NCBI GenBank assembly: GCA_040766225.1
Contig: JAXGQX010000006.1
Span: 1,876-65,875 of the forward strand
Reading direction: 5' to 3'
Length of the DNA stretch: 64,000 nucleotides
Source of the DNA: Bacillota bacterium
Lineage (GTDB): Bacteria; Bacillota; Sulfobacillia; Fermentithermobacillales; Fermentithermobacillaceae
The position numbers and the translations under genes were made by a program. How positions within the stretch are numbered: position 1 is the stretch's first letter; each line of letters opens with the position of its first letter. Below, piece after piece: positions 17,228 through 26,642 of the stretch. The notes beneath the pieces are model-generated. The model was not told where the DNA came from, made no database searches, and was given only the letters and a program-made list of their open reading frames with translations.

Positions 17228-17803
17228 GTGTTAAGGAAGAACGGACTCCTCATCTCCGCTTGTGTCGTGTTGATCCTTTCTTTCCTGGCCCAAAGGACCG
17301 GACAGACCGGCATCTACGCTAAATCGTGGGTCGACCTCGGACGGGTTCTGCAGTACATGGCCGTATGGCTGGGGGTCTTATGGGTTTCGGTGACGGGAAT
17401 CTACCCGGTGTTTTTCGCGAAGAAGTGCCCCTATTGTTCACATAATTTCTGGCATCCCTCAGTATTGGAGAAGTCAGAGTCTACGGTCTACGGCGGCGGC
17501 TTTGACAGCGAAGGCGCCGGTCTCCCGCCTATTATCAAGCGGACCTACAGTTGTCCTAAGTGCGACTACCAACGGTGGTTCCACAAAGTGCCCGAAGTGA
17601 TTTGGGGTCTTCCCTATATCCCGAAGAGAGTCGCCGTATCGTTGAACCCGACGGAGATGGAGAAGGTAGACCGGATATACGACAAGGCCAGAGAAGACAT
17701 TGTGAAGAACACGCCGTACAAGACCTACGACGATTGGAAGGCGTATCTCTTGCGCTTACAGGGCACGGATGGGGAGAGACCTGGAAAACAAGACATACGG
17801 TAA
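17228..17803 (+). CDS. hypothetical membrane protein with two CxxC pairs (zinc-ribbon-like)
   Basis: 191-aa ORF with GTG start and AGGGAGGG upstream. Two N-terminal hydrophobic helices, then CPYC (CPYCSHNFWHP) ... CPKC (CPKCDYQRWFHK). I recognise no family. Confidence 0.6.
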   Translation: MLRKNGLLISACVVLILSFLAQRTGQTGIYAKSWVDLGRVLQYMAVWLGVLWVSVTGIYPVFFAKKCPYCSHNFWHPSVLEKSESTVYGGGFDSEGAGLPPIIKRTYSCPKCDYQRWFHKVPEVIWGLPYIPKRVAVSLNPTEMEKVDRIYDKAREDIVKNTPYKTYDDWKAYLLRLQGTDGERPGKQDIR

Positions 17804-17843
17804 AGGCGACGAGCTACGGCGGCACCGATTCGCCGCTAGTCGG

Positions 17844-19121
17844 CTACGCCACAAAGAGGAAACCCAAGGCAAGGGATATCACCCGTATGACACCGGTTAT
17901 AGGTCTCTTGAACTTCATGTTGTTTGCTTCGATGGTCAGGTCAAGTGAGAACATGACGCTGTAAAGCACGCAGAATGCGAGCACCAGAACCCACTTGCCG
18001 CCCATAAGCCATCCGGCTAGAAGGCTTGTCGCGGTAAATATCAGGGACCCCAACACGAGGTAACTCGTGACTAAGTGTTGACGGCTTACGGGGAGAAACA
18101 GGCCTTTGCCGTGTTTTTCTATGAGCGTATTGAGCTGCTTCTTTAGTATCTCGCTAAGGTTGGCATAGGCGGTCATGATGAGCACAACCCCAATTGGAGC
18201 TTTGGCGATAGGATCCCCAATGAAAGGCAGACCGTCAAGAAGAGGCGTTTTGGCGACGAGTACGCCCAGAACAACGAACCCAAGAAGGACGATCAGAACA
18301 CGGTCACTCGTTCTGACCGTAGATATAACCCCTTTGAGAAAGACGGCGTTGTGCCTTTTCAGCGGCAGACGGTACAGAAGAAGACTGTGTCTACGAACGG
18401 CATTCCGCTCGGCGGTTATCTGAGCCATTCGGGCCATGTCGAAGCGGCTCGCTACTGACGTCATCTCATCCAGGAAAGCCATGTCCCTGTAATACTTTGA
18501 AATATCGAGGACGCGCATTTTTAGGAAAGTCCAGTACACGGACCAGAGGGTGATCCCGCCAACCAGAAGCCAACGCACTGCGGATGCATTTGCCCACAAC
18601 CCCGCCGAGGACAGGACATATGCAGCGGCCAACCGGCTCATCTTCTTCGCGTCGTGATACCGCATCCACGAAAGGAGGACCCCCGAATACAGATAGCCTC
18701 CAATCAATAGCGTATTCGCTATGATCTGAGGGCTTAACCGAAACCCATCCACCAGTCCCGCGAAAAACAGGGCCGTCGGCATGTTCTTGGCAAGTGTCCA
18801 AACGTGTTCTGCCGCCAGGACCCTCCTGAAGTACGACGTGTGGTACAGATGATGCAGAGTTGCCGCGTTTACCGTTATGGGTGGCGTCTCTTGGATGAAT
18901 GTGCGGTAGGCATTCATGATGGTAAGAGCGCCAAGCAGGTAGTAGACTTGTTTCGACTCCGGCGGGAACCCCGTACCGCCGCCCATGGCTAGTGCGAGGA
19001 GACGGTTGCCTAGGAATGCAAGTCCTAAGATGAGACCCAGCAGTGAGGGCCAGTAATGTCTCAGCATGTTCCTGGTGGTCCGGAGCCTGTGCTTTATGAT
19101 CGCTCCATAGACCTTGCTCAT
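17844..19121 (-). CDS. polytopic membrane protein, putative permease partner of the upstream ABC ATPase
   Basis: Intact 425-aa ORF with many hydrophobic segments. Its start overlaps the ATPase stop by 4 nt (ATGA-type coupling). Confidence 0.65.
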   Translation of the reverse strand: MSKVYGAIIKHRLRTTRNMLRHYWPSLLGLILGLAFLGNRLLALAMGGGTGFPPESKQVYYLLGALTIMNAYRTFIQETPPITVNAATLHHLYHTSYFRRVLAAEHVWTLAKNMPTALFFAGLVDGFRLSPQIIANTLLIGGYLYSGVLLSWMRYHDAKKMSRLAAAYVLSSAGLWANASAVRWLLVGGITLWSVYWTFLKMRVLDISKYYRDMAFLDEMTSVASRFDMARMAQITAERNAVRRHSLLLYRLPLKRHNAVFLKGVISTVRTSDRVLIVLLGFVVLGVLVAKTPLLDGLPFIGDPIAKAPIGVVLIMTAYANLSEILKKQLNTLIEKHGKGLFLPVSRQHLVTSYLVLGSLIFTATSLLAGWLMGGKWVLVLAFCVLYSVMFSLDLTIEANNMKFKRPITGVIRVISLALGFLFVA

Positions 19122-19861
19122 AGCGGTCCCACTCCTCCTACGAGCGACAAGTAAACCTGCTCTAGGGTACTGCAGGGCCTCAACGAGTGGTCCCGAATGA
19201 TCTCTTCTTTTGTGCCGCTTACCACGACCTTGCCCCGGTGCAGTATAACGAACCTGTCACACAGACCGTCCACCATGTCGAGCAGGTGCGTGGATAGCAG
19301 GACCGCCTTCCCCTTCAGCTTGCACTCTCTCAGTATCTCTTTGAAGACGCTAATCTGCTTTGGATCCAACCCCGTAAAAGGCTCATCCGCCAACAGCAAC
19401 TCAAAGTCCCTCAACAGTGATAATGCGATCATCAACTTCTGCTTTGTTCCTTTGGACATGACAGATGGGACTTTCGCCAGATGGTCGCCCAGCTCGAGCC
19501 TCTGGACGACCTCTTCGATGGACAAACGGTTCTTGGGGTAGAGCGCCTTTAGGAAGTGTAGGTGCTCCAGCATGGTGAGTTCCTCATAGAACACGGGCGT
19601 ATCGGGGATATAGGAAACCGGAAAATCCTCATTCTTGAACCCGGATATGTCTTTCTCCCAAATCCGAATCACACCGCTTTGGGGCTTAAGATGACCGATT
19701 ACATGCAAGATCGCTGTTGTCTTGCCGGCCCCGTTTGGACCGATGAGACCCACGATCTCGCCTCGTTCCAGTTGGAACGATACCCTGTCAAGCGCCAGCA
19801 CATCGGGATAGGAGAAAGACACCTGGTCAAACGAAAGGAGCATTACGTCACCCCTTTTCAA
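19118..19861 (-). CDS. ABC transporter ATP-binding protein
   Basis: Walker A GPNGAGKT, signature-like MSKGTKQK, Walker B LLLADEPFTGLD, H-loop LLSTH. The true start may be the ATG at 19843 (MLLSFDQ...). Confidence 0.9.
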   Translation of the reverse strand: MKRGDVMLLSFDQVSFSYPDVLALDRVSFQLERGEIVGLIGPNGAGKTTAILHVIGHLKPQSGVIRIWEKDISGFKNEDFPVSYIPDTPVFYEELTMLEHLHFLKALYPKNRLSIEEVVQRLELGDHLAKVPSVMSKGTKQKLMIALSLLRDFELLLADEPFTGLDPKQISVFKEILRECKLKGKAVLLSTHLLDMVDGLCDRFVILHRGKVVVSGTKEEIIRDHSLRPCSTLEQVYLSLVGGVGPL

Positions 19862-19959
19862 GCGGTATTCGGTTCCAGATGCTTACGTTTTAATGAAGCG
19901 ACGATGCCGCCTCTTTATCGCGTATGAGTGAGGGGATTTGCCGGTAGTGAGACTAGAGA

Positions 19960-20046
19960 TGGTGCCGAAGGTGGGATTTGAACCCACACAGGCGTACGCC
20001 TACGGCGCCCTGAACACCGCGTGTCTGCCATTTCCACCACTTCGGC
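19960..20046 (-). tRNA. tRNA-Leu (anticodon CAG), class II, CCA encoded
   Basis: Minus-strand fold: acceptor GCCGAAG/CTTCGGC, D region TGGTGGAAATGGCAGACACG, anticodon stem CGGTG/CGCCG with loop TTCAGGG (CAG, G37), variable arm TAGGCGTACGCCTGT, T arm GTGGG-TTCAAAT-CCCAC, 3' ACCA. Confidence 0.9.
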
Positions 20047-20057
20047 ACTGCTACGTT

Positions 20058-20086
20058 AGTCTAGCACAGAGTCTCATCGGTTTCAA
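20058..20086 (-). promoter_or_regulatory. candidate sigma-A-type promoter for tRNA-Leu(CAG)
   Basis: Minus strand: TTGAAA (20086-20081), 17-nt spacer, TAGACT (20063-20058), ~12 nt upstream of the tRNA 5' end. Confidence 0.45.
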
Positions 20087-20365
20087 CAAAAACCCCGCCA
20101 TGTCGTGAACCGGAGGGTGTTGAACCTGCCTAAGCAGGTGGGTGCCTCCCAAAGCTTTTGTGTTTCCGCTAACTACACGGCCTACACGCCAGAAGGAGGT
20201 CAGGCTCCCTCTTTCACGGTGTTGGCTCAAACTCACCGTGATCCACGAGCACAGCAGGGCAGATACTGTCAGTTGATGCCCTGTCTATCTTGTGTAACGA
20301 TCTTATCACCGTCAGGAGACGGTCCGCAACATGAAGGCGAGCGGAAACTTGTGGAAGATTGTTCC

Positions 20366-20394
20366 TTGCCCAGCCTGATTAAGTAGACTATTAT
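20366..20394 (+). promoter_or_regulatory. candidate sigma-A-type promoter for the ECF S-component gene
   Basis: TTGCCC (20366-20371), 17-nt spacer, TATTAT (20389-20394), then AAGGGG SD and ATG 20417. Confidence 0.4.
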
Positions 20395-20416
20395 CTTCCC
20401 TTAAGGGGTTCGGCCC

Positions 20417-20967
20417 ATGCGTTCGTCACGGTACTTGGCTCTCTCGGCGGTCATGGCAGCTCTGTCTGTAGTCCTCACCAGGTTCGCGTCAGTACGAGTG
20501 GCGATAGCAGGCGTTGAAGGTGTCCGGCTTGACTGGGCGCTTTGCCCAACATGCTGGCAGGCGTGATAATTGGCCCGCTCTACGGCGCCCTTTCAGGAGC
20601 CGTATCAGACATTATCGGTTTTGCGTTAAGCCCCCTGGGCGGCGGATACATGCCCCACTTCACCCTCACCGCCGCTTTAGCCGGCGCCATCCCGGGCTTC
20701 GTCTACCGGACTATTGACCGCCGTAGAGCCAAGGGAATAACCAGAACTAGGGTGCCGTCGTTGTGGCTCATTATCCTGTCAGTTGGGGTCAGCGGCCTAT
20801 TGGTTTCCCTCGGGCTCACTCCGTATTTCCTGAACACCGTGTTCGGGCTCCCGTATGAGGCGCTGATTCCTGCCAGGGCGGCGGCCGTCGCCATCGAAGT
20901 CCCGGTCTACTCGATACTTATACGAGCCATTGTGACAAGGTACGGCTTGGCGGGAAGCCGCAGGTGA
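20417..20967 (+). CDS. ECF transporter S component (FolT-like family; substrate not assignable), one frame change
   Basis: ATG 20417 gives MRSSRYLALSAVMAALSVVLTRFASVRVAIAGVEGVRL. After a shift near 20530 it continues in ORF 20542-20967: LPNMLAGVIIGPLYGALSGAVSDIIGFALSPLGGGYMPHFTLTAALAGAIPG. This is the pattern of folate-type S components. Confidence 0.75.
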
Positions 20968-21024
20968 ACCTTGAGCGCATGTCGCCGACCTAAAGGGCGA
21001 TCGTTTGGAATGCAGCCGCCCGGC

Positions 21025-24000
21025 CTAGAACAACGAGAGCTGGTCCCCTCAGGCAACCCTTCAAGGACGCCTTCGTCCTTTAGGGTCTCACAGACCTTCT
21101 TGCCCAGCTTGGTGCGCTTTCTGAAGTCGTCGATGGACGTGAACTCCCCTTCTTCCCGCGCCGCCACTATGGCTGCCGCAGCTTGGCCGCCCAGTCCCGG
21201 TATGGCTACGAACGGAGGGATCAAGGTCTTTCCGTCCAGCACATACTTTGTCGCCATTGACCGGCTTAGCGAGGGCAAGCCCGAAGTCTACTCCCTTCCC
21301 TTCATGTCCAAGGCGACTTCAAGGGCCGACGCTTGGCTTTGTTCCTTCGCTTTGGCGCCCGCCGTGCCGTTTATGCGTTCGATGAACTTGCGCCAGTCGT
21401 CTTCACTTTGGCGGATCAAGTCGGTAGTGAGAGCGGAGCCGTGGAAAGTGAAGTAGGCGGCCGCGAACGCTTCTGGATGGTGAACCTTGAAGTAGGCGAT
21501 GCGAAAGGCCGTCGTCACGTAGGCGGCCGCGTGTGCCTTTGGGAACAGGTAGCTTATCTTGAGGCAAGACCCGATGTACCACTCCGGTGTTCCGGCTTCT
21601 CTCATGATGGCCAGGTCTTCCTCTGACGGGGCTTTCCCTTTTCGGACTTTCTCGGCTATTCCAAAGGCAACGGCTGAATCCACGCCAAGCTTCATCAGGT
21701 GTTGAAAGATGTCTTCTCTGGTGGCGATCACCTGGTCCAGGGTTGCTACGCCTTCCTTAATCAGATCCCTAGCGTTATTGGCCCACACGTCGGTCCCGTG
21801 GGACAACCCCGATATCCTGACCAGATCCGCGAACCGGGTCGGCCGGGTCTCCGTGAGCATGTTCCGGACAAAGCGCGTGCCAAACTCAGGGATACCGAGA
21901 GCGTCGTCCGGATTTTGGCCCAAGAACAACCTCATGGTCGCCGGGTCATCCAAGGGAACGGTAGTCGGGTCAATCCCCGTTAAGTTGTGGAGCATCTTTA
22001 GCACCGTGGGGTCGTCGTGCCCCAGGATGTCGACTTTCACCAGCCGCCCGGAAATGGCACCGTAGTCAAAGTGGGTGGTCATAGCTCCCGCTTGCCTGTC
22101 ATCCGCCGGATATTGAATCGGCGTGAAGTCCAAGACATCCTTCCCCTCGGGGATGACCATTACGCCCCCCGGGTGTTGTCCCGTTGTCCTCTTGACGCCC
22201 TCAATGCCAAGGGAAAGGCGGACCTCCTCCGCTCTCCGGAGGGTCTTGCCTCTATCTTCCGCGTAGTGCTTCACGAAACCGAACGCGGTTTTCCTGGCTA
22301 TGGTGCCGATGGTGCCCGCCCGGAAGACGTTCTTCTTCCCGAGGAGCTCTTCGGCGAAGCGGAACATCTCTCCCTGTTCTTCTCCCGAGAAGTTAAGGTC
22401 GATGTCTGGGACTTTCTCCCCCTTGAAGCCCATGAACGACTCGAAAGGTATGTCTTGGCCATCTCTCCGAAGCTCTGCGCCGCAGTTTGGGCAAGACTTG
22501 GGCGGTAGGTCGAAACCCGAACCGTAGGAAAGTCCGGTCTCGAAATCGCTCCACCTGCACTTGGGGCAAACATAATGAGGCGATAGGGGGTTCACCTCGG
22601 TGATCCCCGTGCAAGTGGCTACCAGGGACGAGCCGACCGAGCCTCTCGAGCCTACCAGGTAACCATCGGATAGAGACTTCTGGACCATGCGCATGGCTAT
22701 GACATACAGAGAAGCGAATCCGTTTCCGATGATAGCGCCGAGTTCCTTCTCTAGGCGTTTTTGGACCAGTTCCGGGAGAGGATCGCCGTAGATCTCCTTA
22801 GCGCCCTTAATCGCCGCTTCTCTAAGACTCTCGTCGGCGCCGGGGAGCGACGGGAAATAGGATCCATCTGGGACAGGAGTAGATTTTCGACCGAATCAGC
22901 TATTGCCCTCGTGTTGGCTACAATACTTCGTGAGCGACTGCTTGTCCAGGTATGAAGATGCTTCTTCGATGAGTTCCGCCGTACTTCGCAGATAGACCGG
23001 CGTGGGCTTTTCGCCGTCCGCCATCCCTTTGCCGGCCAAGAGAACCGTGCGATAGATGGCCTCATCCGGGTCAAGGTAGTGGACATCGCATGTCATCACG
23101 CATGGACGCCCGACGGATTTCCCAAGTTCGTAGATGGTCTTGTTTATCTCGGCCAGGGCTCCCCTATCCCGGACGGCGCCGGACTCAACCAAGAAGGCGT
23201 TGTTGTCCAGGGGCTGAATCTCGAGATAGTCGTAGAAAGACGCGATCCGGAGGAGCTCCTCCCTGGGTTTGCCCGATAGGACCGCCCTATACAACTCCCC
23301 GGCCTCGCAAGCCGAACCTATCAAGAGGCCCTCTCTCTTGGATACAAGCAGATCCCTGGGTATCCTGGGAGTTCTGTAGAAATGTTTGAGATGGGACTCG
23401 GTAATCAACTCATAAAGGTGCCTTAGTCCCCTATCGTTCTTAGCCAGGATGATCACGTGGAAAGCGTGGCCCTTGGGTTCCTTGTCCTCGATCAGGTAGC
23501 CTTCCACGCCGTAGATGATCTTCACTCCGTACCGCTGTCCAAATGAGGCAGCGTCAGGGAAGGACTGGACAACGCCGTGGTCGGTAACGGCGATGGCCGG
23601 ATGTCCCCACTCTTTTGCCCGCGCCACTGCTTTTTCTAGGTCCAAGACGGCGTCCATGGCGCTCATCTTGGTGTGCAAGTGCAGTTCAACGCGCTTTTCG
23701 GGCCAATTGTCGGGGCGGACGTCAATCTCGGCGAGACATATGTCTTTGTCGTTGGTGACGACTATCAGCGGGTCGCCGTCAAAGCGGTCGACATCGGTTC
23801 TCCCGCGGGCTACTATCGCTCTGCCCACTTCGATGTCTTCCCTCTTGGCTTCCTGGTACGGTAGCCTGACTCTCAAAGAATCCATCATGTCGGTTATGGT
23901 GAAGGTGCCGTCGAACCTGCCTGCTTGGTTCTGCCGCCAGTTCACTTCGCATACCCGGCCAAAAACCGTCACCTTTTTCTTTTCCCCGCCGGTAATCTCA

Positions 24001-24417
24001 CTGAGCGGGATGGCTTCATCCTTTGACGGAGGCTCGAAACGCGCGCCCGAATTGCGTCTTCTACCCGGGCCCTTAGTTTCTTCTTGGGTCTGTCTGGGTT
24101 CGGGATCCTTGAATGCCTTTAGGAGGGCTTCGGGGACCGCCCAGCGGACAGTTTCCAGGCCGTGGACTTTCTTTTTGATCTCTTGGCGCGCGGTGGCAAG
24201 CAAAGATTCCAGGACGCCTTTCTCATAAGACCTAGCTACCTTGGTCCATTCTTTGGGGTTAGGCGCGTCTACGCCGATGGTCCACATGCAGTCTTGGTCG
24301 GAGCCTCAACGTACCGGACGGAGAGATGCCCTAGGAGGTCTACTCGGCTATCTCGCCGACTTGGACTATTTGACTTACGCGAAGGTCTTGAGAACCTGGT
24401 TCCACTCTGACGCTCAT
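21025..24417 (-). CDS. polC: DNA polymerase III PolC-type alpha subunit, disrupted (>=5 frame changes and one in-frame TAG); no exonuclease insertion seen
   Basis: Pieces: 22896-24287 (OB fold plus PHP: RVELHLHTKMSAMD, AVTDHG, GVEGYLIEDKEPKGHAFHVIILAKN, TCDVHYL), 21288-22694 (PolC Zn module HYVCPKCRW...CPNCG, palm/fingers QHPGG, ILGHDDPT, KAHAAAY) and 21025-21278 (HhH IPGLG). A 5' extension to ATG 24417 (MSVRVEPGSQDLRVSQIVQVGEIAE) needs two shifts. 22695-22895 needs 2-3 shifts. One extra C in the C4 run at 21045-21048 restores the C-terminus ...LPEGDQLSLF* (clamp-binding QLSLF), stop 21025-21027. In-frame TAG at 21288-21290. Confidence 0.9.
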
Positions 24418-24497
24418 TCACGAATCCCCCGCGGCTCTGTGATGTCTTTGGGCACCGAGGGCACGTTGGGGTAGGCCCGGTACGTCACCGCGTCTTC

Positions 24498-25571
24498 TTA
24501 TTTCCTCAGTGACGAGGTCATAAGCGCGGACACCATGTTCTCGGCGCGTACGCTACCTACTACTTTGCCGCGGAAAAGAGCACTCCTCCATCGCGTCCAC
24601 ACGCTATACCCAAATCCGCTTCCTTTGCTTCGCCGGGCCCGTTGACCGGGCAACCCATGACCGCGATGCGTATAGGCGTCTTGAGCCCCTCACCCTCCGG
24701 GCTATCTCCTGGGCTACCGGAACCAGGTCAACTTGAGTGCGGCCGCAAGTCGGGCACGATATCACGTCTGGACCAAACGAAGACACGCCTACCGCCTGCA
24801 ATATGTCCTGGGCCGTCCACCTCATCGGCGCACGAACCGGTCAAAGAAACCCTTACAGTGTCTCCCAATCCGATGGTCAAGAGCGAGGCGATTCCGGCCG
24901 TTGATTTGATTATCCCGGCGATTCCCGGTCCCGCTTCGGTAATGCCGATATGGAACGGCCACTTGGTTTGCCTGGCCATCAAGGCGTACGCCCGCACCGT
25001 GTCGGGGACGCTTGAGGACTTTAGAAGAGGACGATACCCGTCGCTTTGTTGTCCTCCAAGAACGATAGGGTTCTCTTAGCGGCTTCTACTATGGCCTCGG
25101 GGGTCGGCGAACCGTAGCGCAGAAGGAGGTCTTTTGGGACGGACCGCTGTTGACGCCTATGCGGATCGCCGCGCCGACTTCCTGTGCCTTCATGGCCCCG
25201 GGCAGACGGGTCTCCGGGCCGCCTATGTTCCCCGGGTTGACCCTTACCTTGTGGGCCCCGTTTTCCAGGGCCAAAATGGCGAGGTTGTGGTCAAAGTGAA
25301 TATCCGCGACTATGGGGCATGGAACCTGTCTCCTGATGGATGAGATGGCTTCCGCGGCTTCCTTGTCCAATACCGCCACCCGGACTATGTCGGCGCCCGA
25401 TTCCACCGCTTCTCTGATTTGAGATACCGTACTACGGACATCCCGCGTGTCGGTCATGGTCATGGTCTGGATGGAAACCGGGTTTCCTCCCCCAATAACT
25501 ACCTCGCCGCATCTCACCGGGGTTGTTTCGCGTCTTTTGTAGATGATGTCTTGAGCGTCCAAAGCAGTCAA
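24498..25571 (-). CDS. ispG: 4-hydroxy-3-methylbut-2-enyl diphosphate synthase IspG (>=3 frame changes)
   Basis: The N-terminal 160-aa ORF (25089-25571) contains [15 protein letters not shown] and RVAVLD. Later pieces are FHIGITEAG (24728-24997), CPTCGRT (24604-24825) and the tail [22 protein letters not shown]...[23 protein letters not shown], read by hand. Stop at 24498-24500. Confidence 0.85.
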
Positions 25572-25607
25572 CCTCTCCCCAAGTGGTCCCTATGGAGTTC
25601 TCACGAG

Positions 25608-26639
25608 CTACCTTACGAGTCGGAGAATGTCCTTGAAAGTGATGAACACGAACAATGCCATGAGCAGGAAGAACCCGAGAAAGTGCACCATACTCTCCTT
25701 TTCGGGATCGATGGGTTTACCCCTTATGGCTTCAATTCCGAAGAAAATGAGCCTGCTGCCGTCCAAAGCCGGGAATGGCATCAGGTTGAACAGGGCTAAG
25801 TTGGCGGACAGGATGCCTACGATGTACAACAGCTGCGCCAAACCTGTGCGAGCGGCCTCGCCTAGGATCTGTGTGATACCGACAGGCCCCGTGACTTCCG
25901 GCGCCACTTTGCCGACGAGCATTCCTATGATCCCGCTGATCCACGCGACGCTGACGTGATAGGTCTCTTGGAACCCGGATATGAGTCCCGTTAGGAGCCC
26001 GACCCGGGTGAGTTCCATGGTCGGCCTAACGCCTATTACTCCTACGCCGCTCATCTCGATGGGAGTCATCTGAACCTCACGAATCTCCCCGTCTCTCTTT
26101 ACGGTCATCCCGATGTCTTGGCCCGCCTTGACCTGTATGACCTGGACCATTTCGTCCCAGGTCTCAACCGGTATGCCCGCTACGGAAGTGACTGTGTCCC
26201 CCGCTTGGATTCCCGCTTTTTCTGCCGGATATCCGGGAAGGACCTCCAAGATGCGAGTAGTGGGGGTGTTGATCCCCACCAAAGAAAAGACCAAGAAAAA
26301 CGCCAGAGCGGCCACAAGGAGGTTGAAAACCGGTCCCGCCACTATGATGAACGCCCGTCGTCCGGGCGACTGGCTTGAGAGGAGCCGTTCTTTGGGGATG
26401 ACTTTGTCCTCGTCCCGATTAGGGCCTTCTTCCCCGGCGAACCTGTTGAACCCTCCTACCGGGATCAAACGGACCGTGTATCTGGTCTCATCCTTCTGTT
26501 TTGAATAAAGGATAGGGCCGAAACCGATGGCGAACTCATGGATATACACACCCATAAGCCTTCCCGCGAGAAAATGCCCAAGCTCGTGAAAAGTAACGAG
26601 AACACCCAAAAAGAATAGGGCAAGTATGACCTGCGACAA
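25608..26639 (-). CDS. rseP: RIP metalloprotease RseP/RasP (site-2 protease)
   Basis: Intact 343-aa ORF with the HELGHF zinc motif, an internal PDZ-like segment and the C-terminal NLxPxxxLDG motif (NLMPFPALDG). Confidence 0.9.
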   Translation of the reverse strand: MSQVILALFFLGVLVTFHELGHFLAGRLMGVYIHEFAIGFGPILYSKQKDETRYTVRLIPVGGFNRFAGEEGPNRDEDKVIPKERLLSSQSPGRRAFIIVAGPVFNLLVAALAFFLVFSLVGINTPTTRILEVLPGYPAEKAGIQAGDTVTSVAGIPVETWDEMVQVIQVKAGQDIGMTVKRDGEIREVQMTPIEMSGVGVIGVRPTMELTRVGLLTGLISGFQETYHVSVAWISGIIGMLVGKVAPEVTGPVGITQILGEAARTGLAQLLYIVGILSANLALFNLMPFPALDGSRLIFFGIEAIRGKPIDPEKESMVHFLGFFLLMALFVFITFKDILRLVR

Positions 26640-26642
26640 ATA

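Noticed and set aside
20087-20365. Known RNA classes for the structured spacer: cobalamin riboswitch (GTCAGGAGAC resembles the B12 box), TPP riboswitch (GAACCTG...), SRP RNA (GGTCAGG ... AGCAGGGCAGA), T-box, c-di-GMP-I.
   Set aside because: Each resemblance is a short isolated match. The other obligatory elements are absent: GCCACTG and GGGAA...GGTG..AATCC for cobalamin, CTGAGA for TPP, the GGAA-capped helix 8 for SRP, the T-box sequence, and ACGCAAAGC for GEMM. I cannot run a covariance-model search, so the region is left as unknown.
20907-21024. Extension of the polC C-terminal ORF (20907-21278) overlapping the convergent ECF S-component gene.
   Set aside because: One missing C in the C4 run (21045-21048) explains it. 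The repaired frame ends with the canonical clamp-binding motif QLSLF and TAG at 21025-21027.
7670-21290. TAG recoding (pyrrolysine or a reassigned stop) as the explanation for the in-frame TAGs in the GGDEF gene (7670-7672) and polC (21288-21290).
   Set aside because: TAG is the terminator of many intact genes here: NIF3 (9496), patatin (10459), AOR (12733), the histidine phosphatase (15375-15377) and dac (15443). No Pyl-type genes are seen. Substitution error or a real nonsense mutation is simpler.
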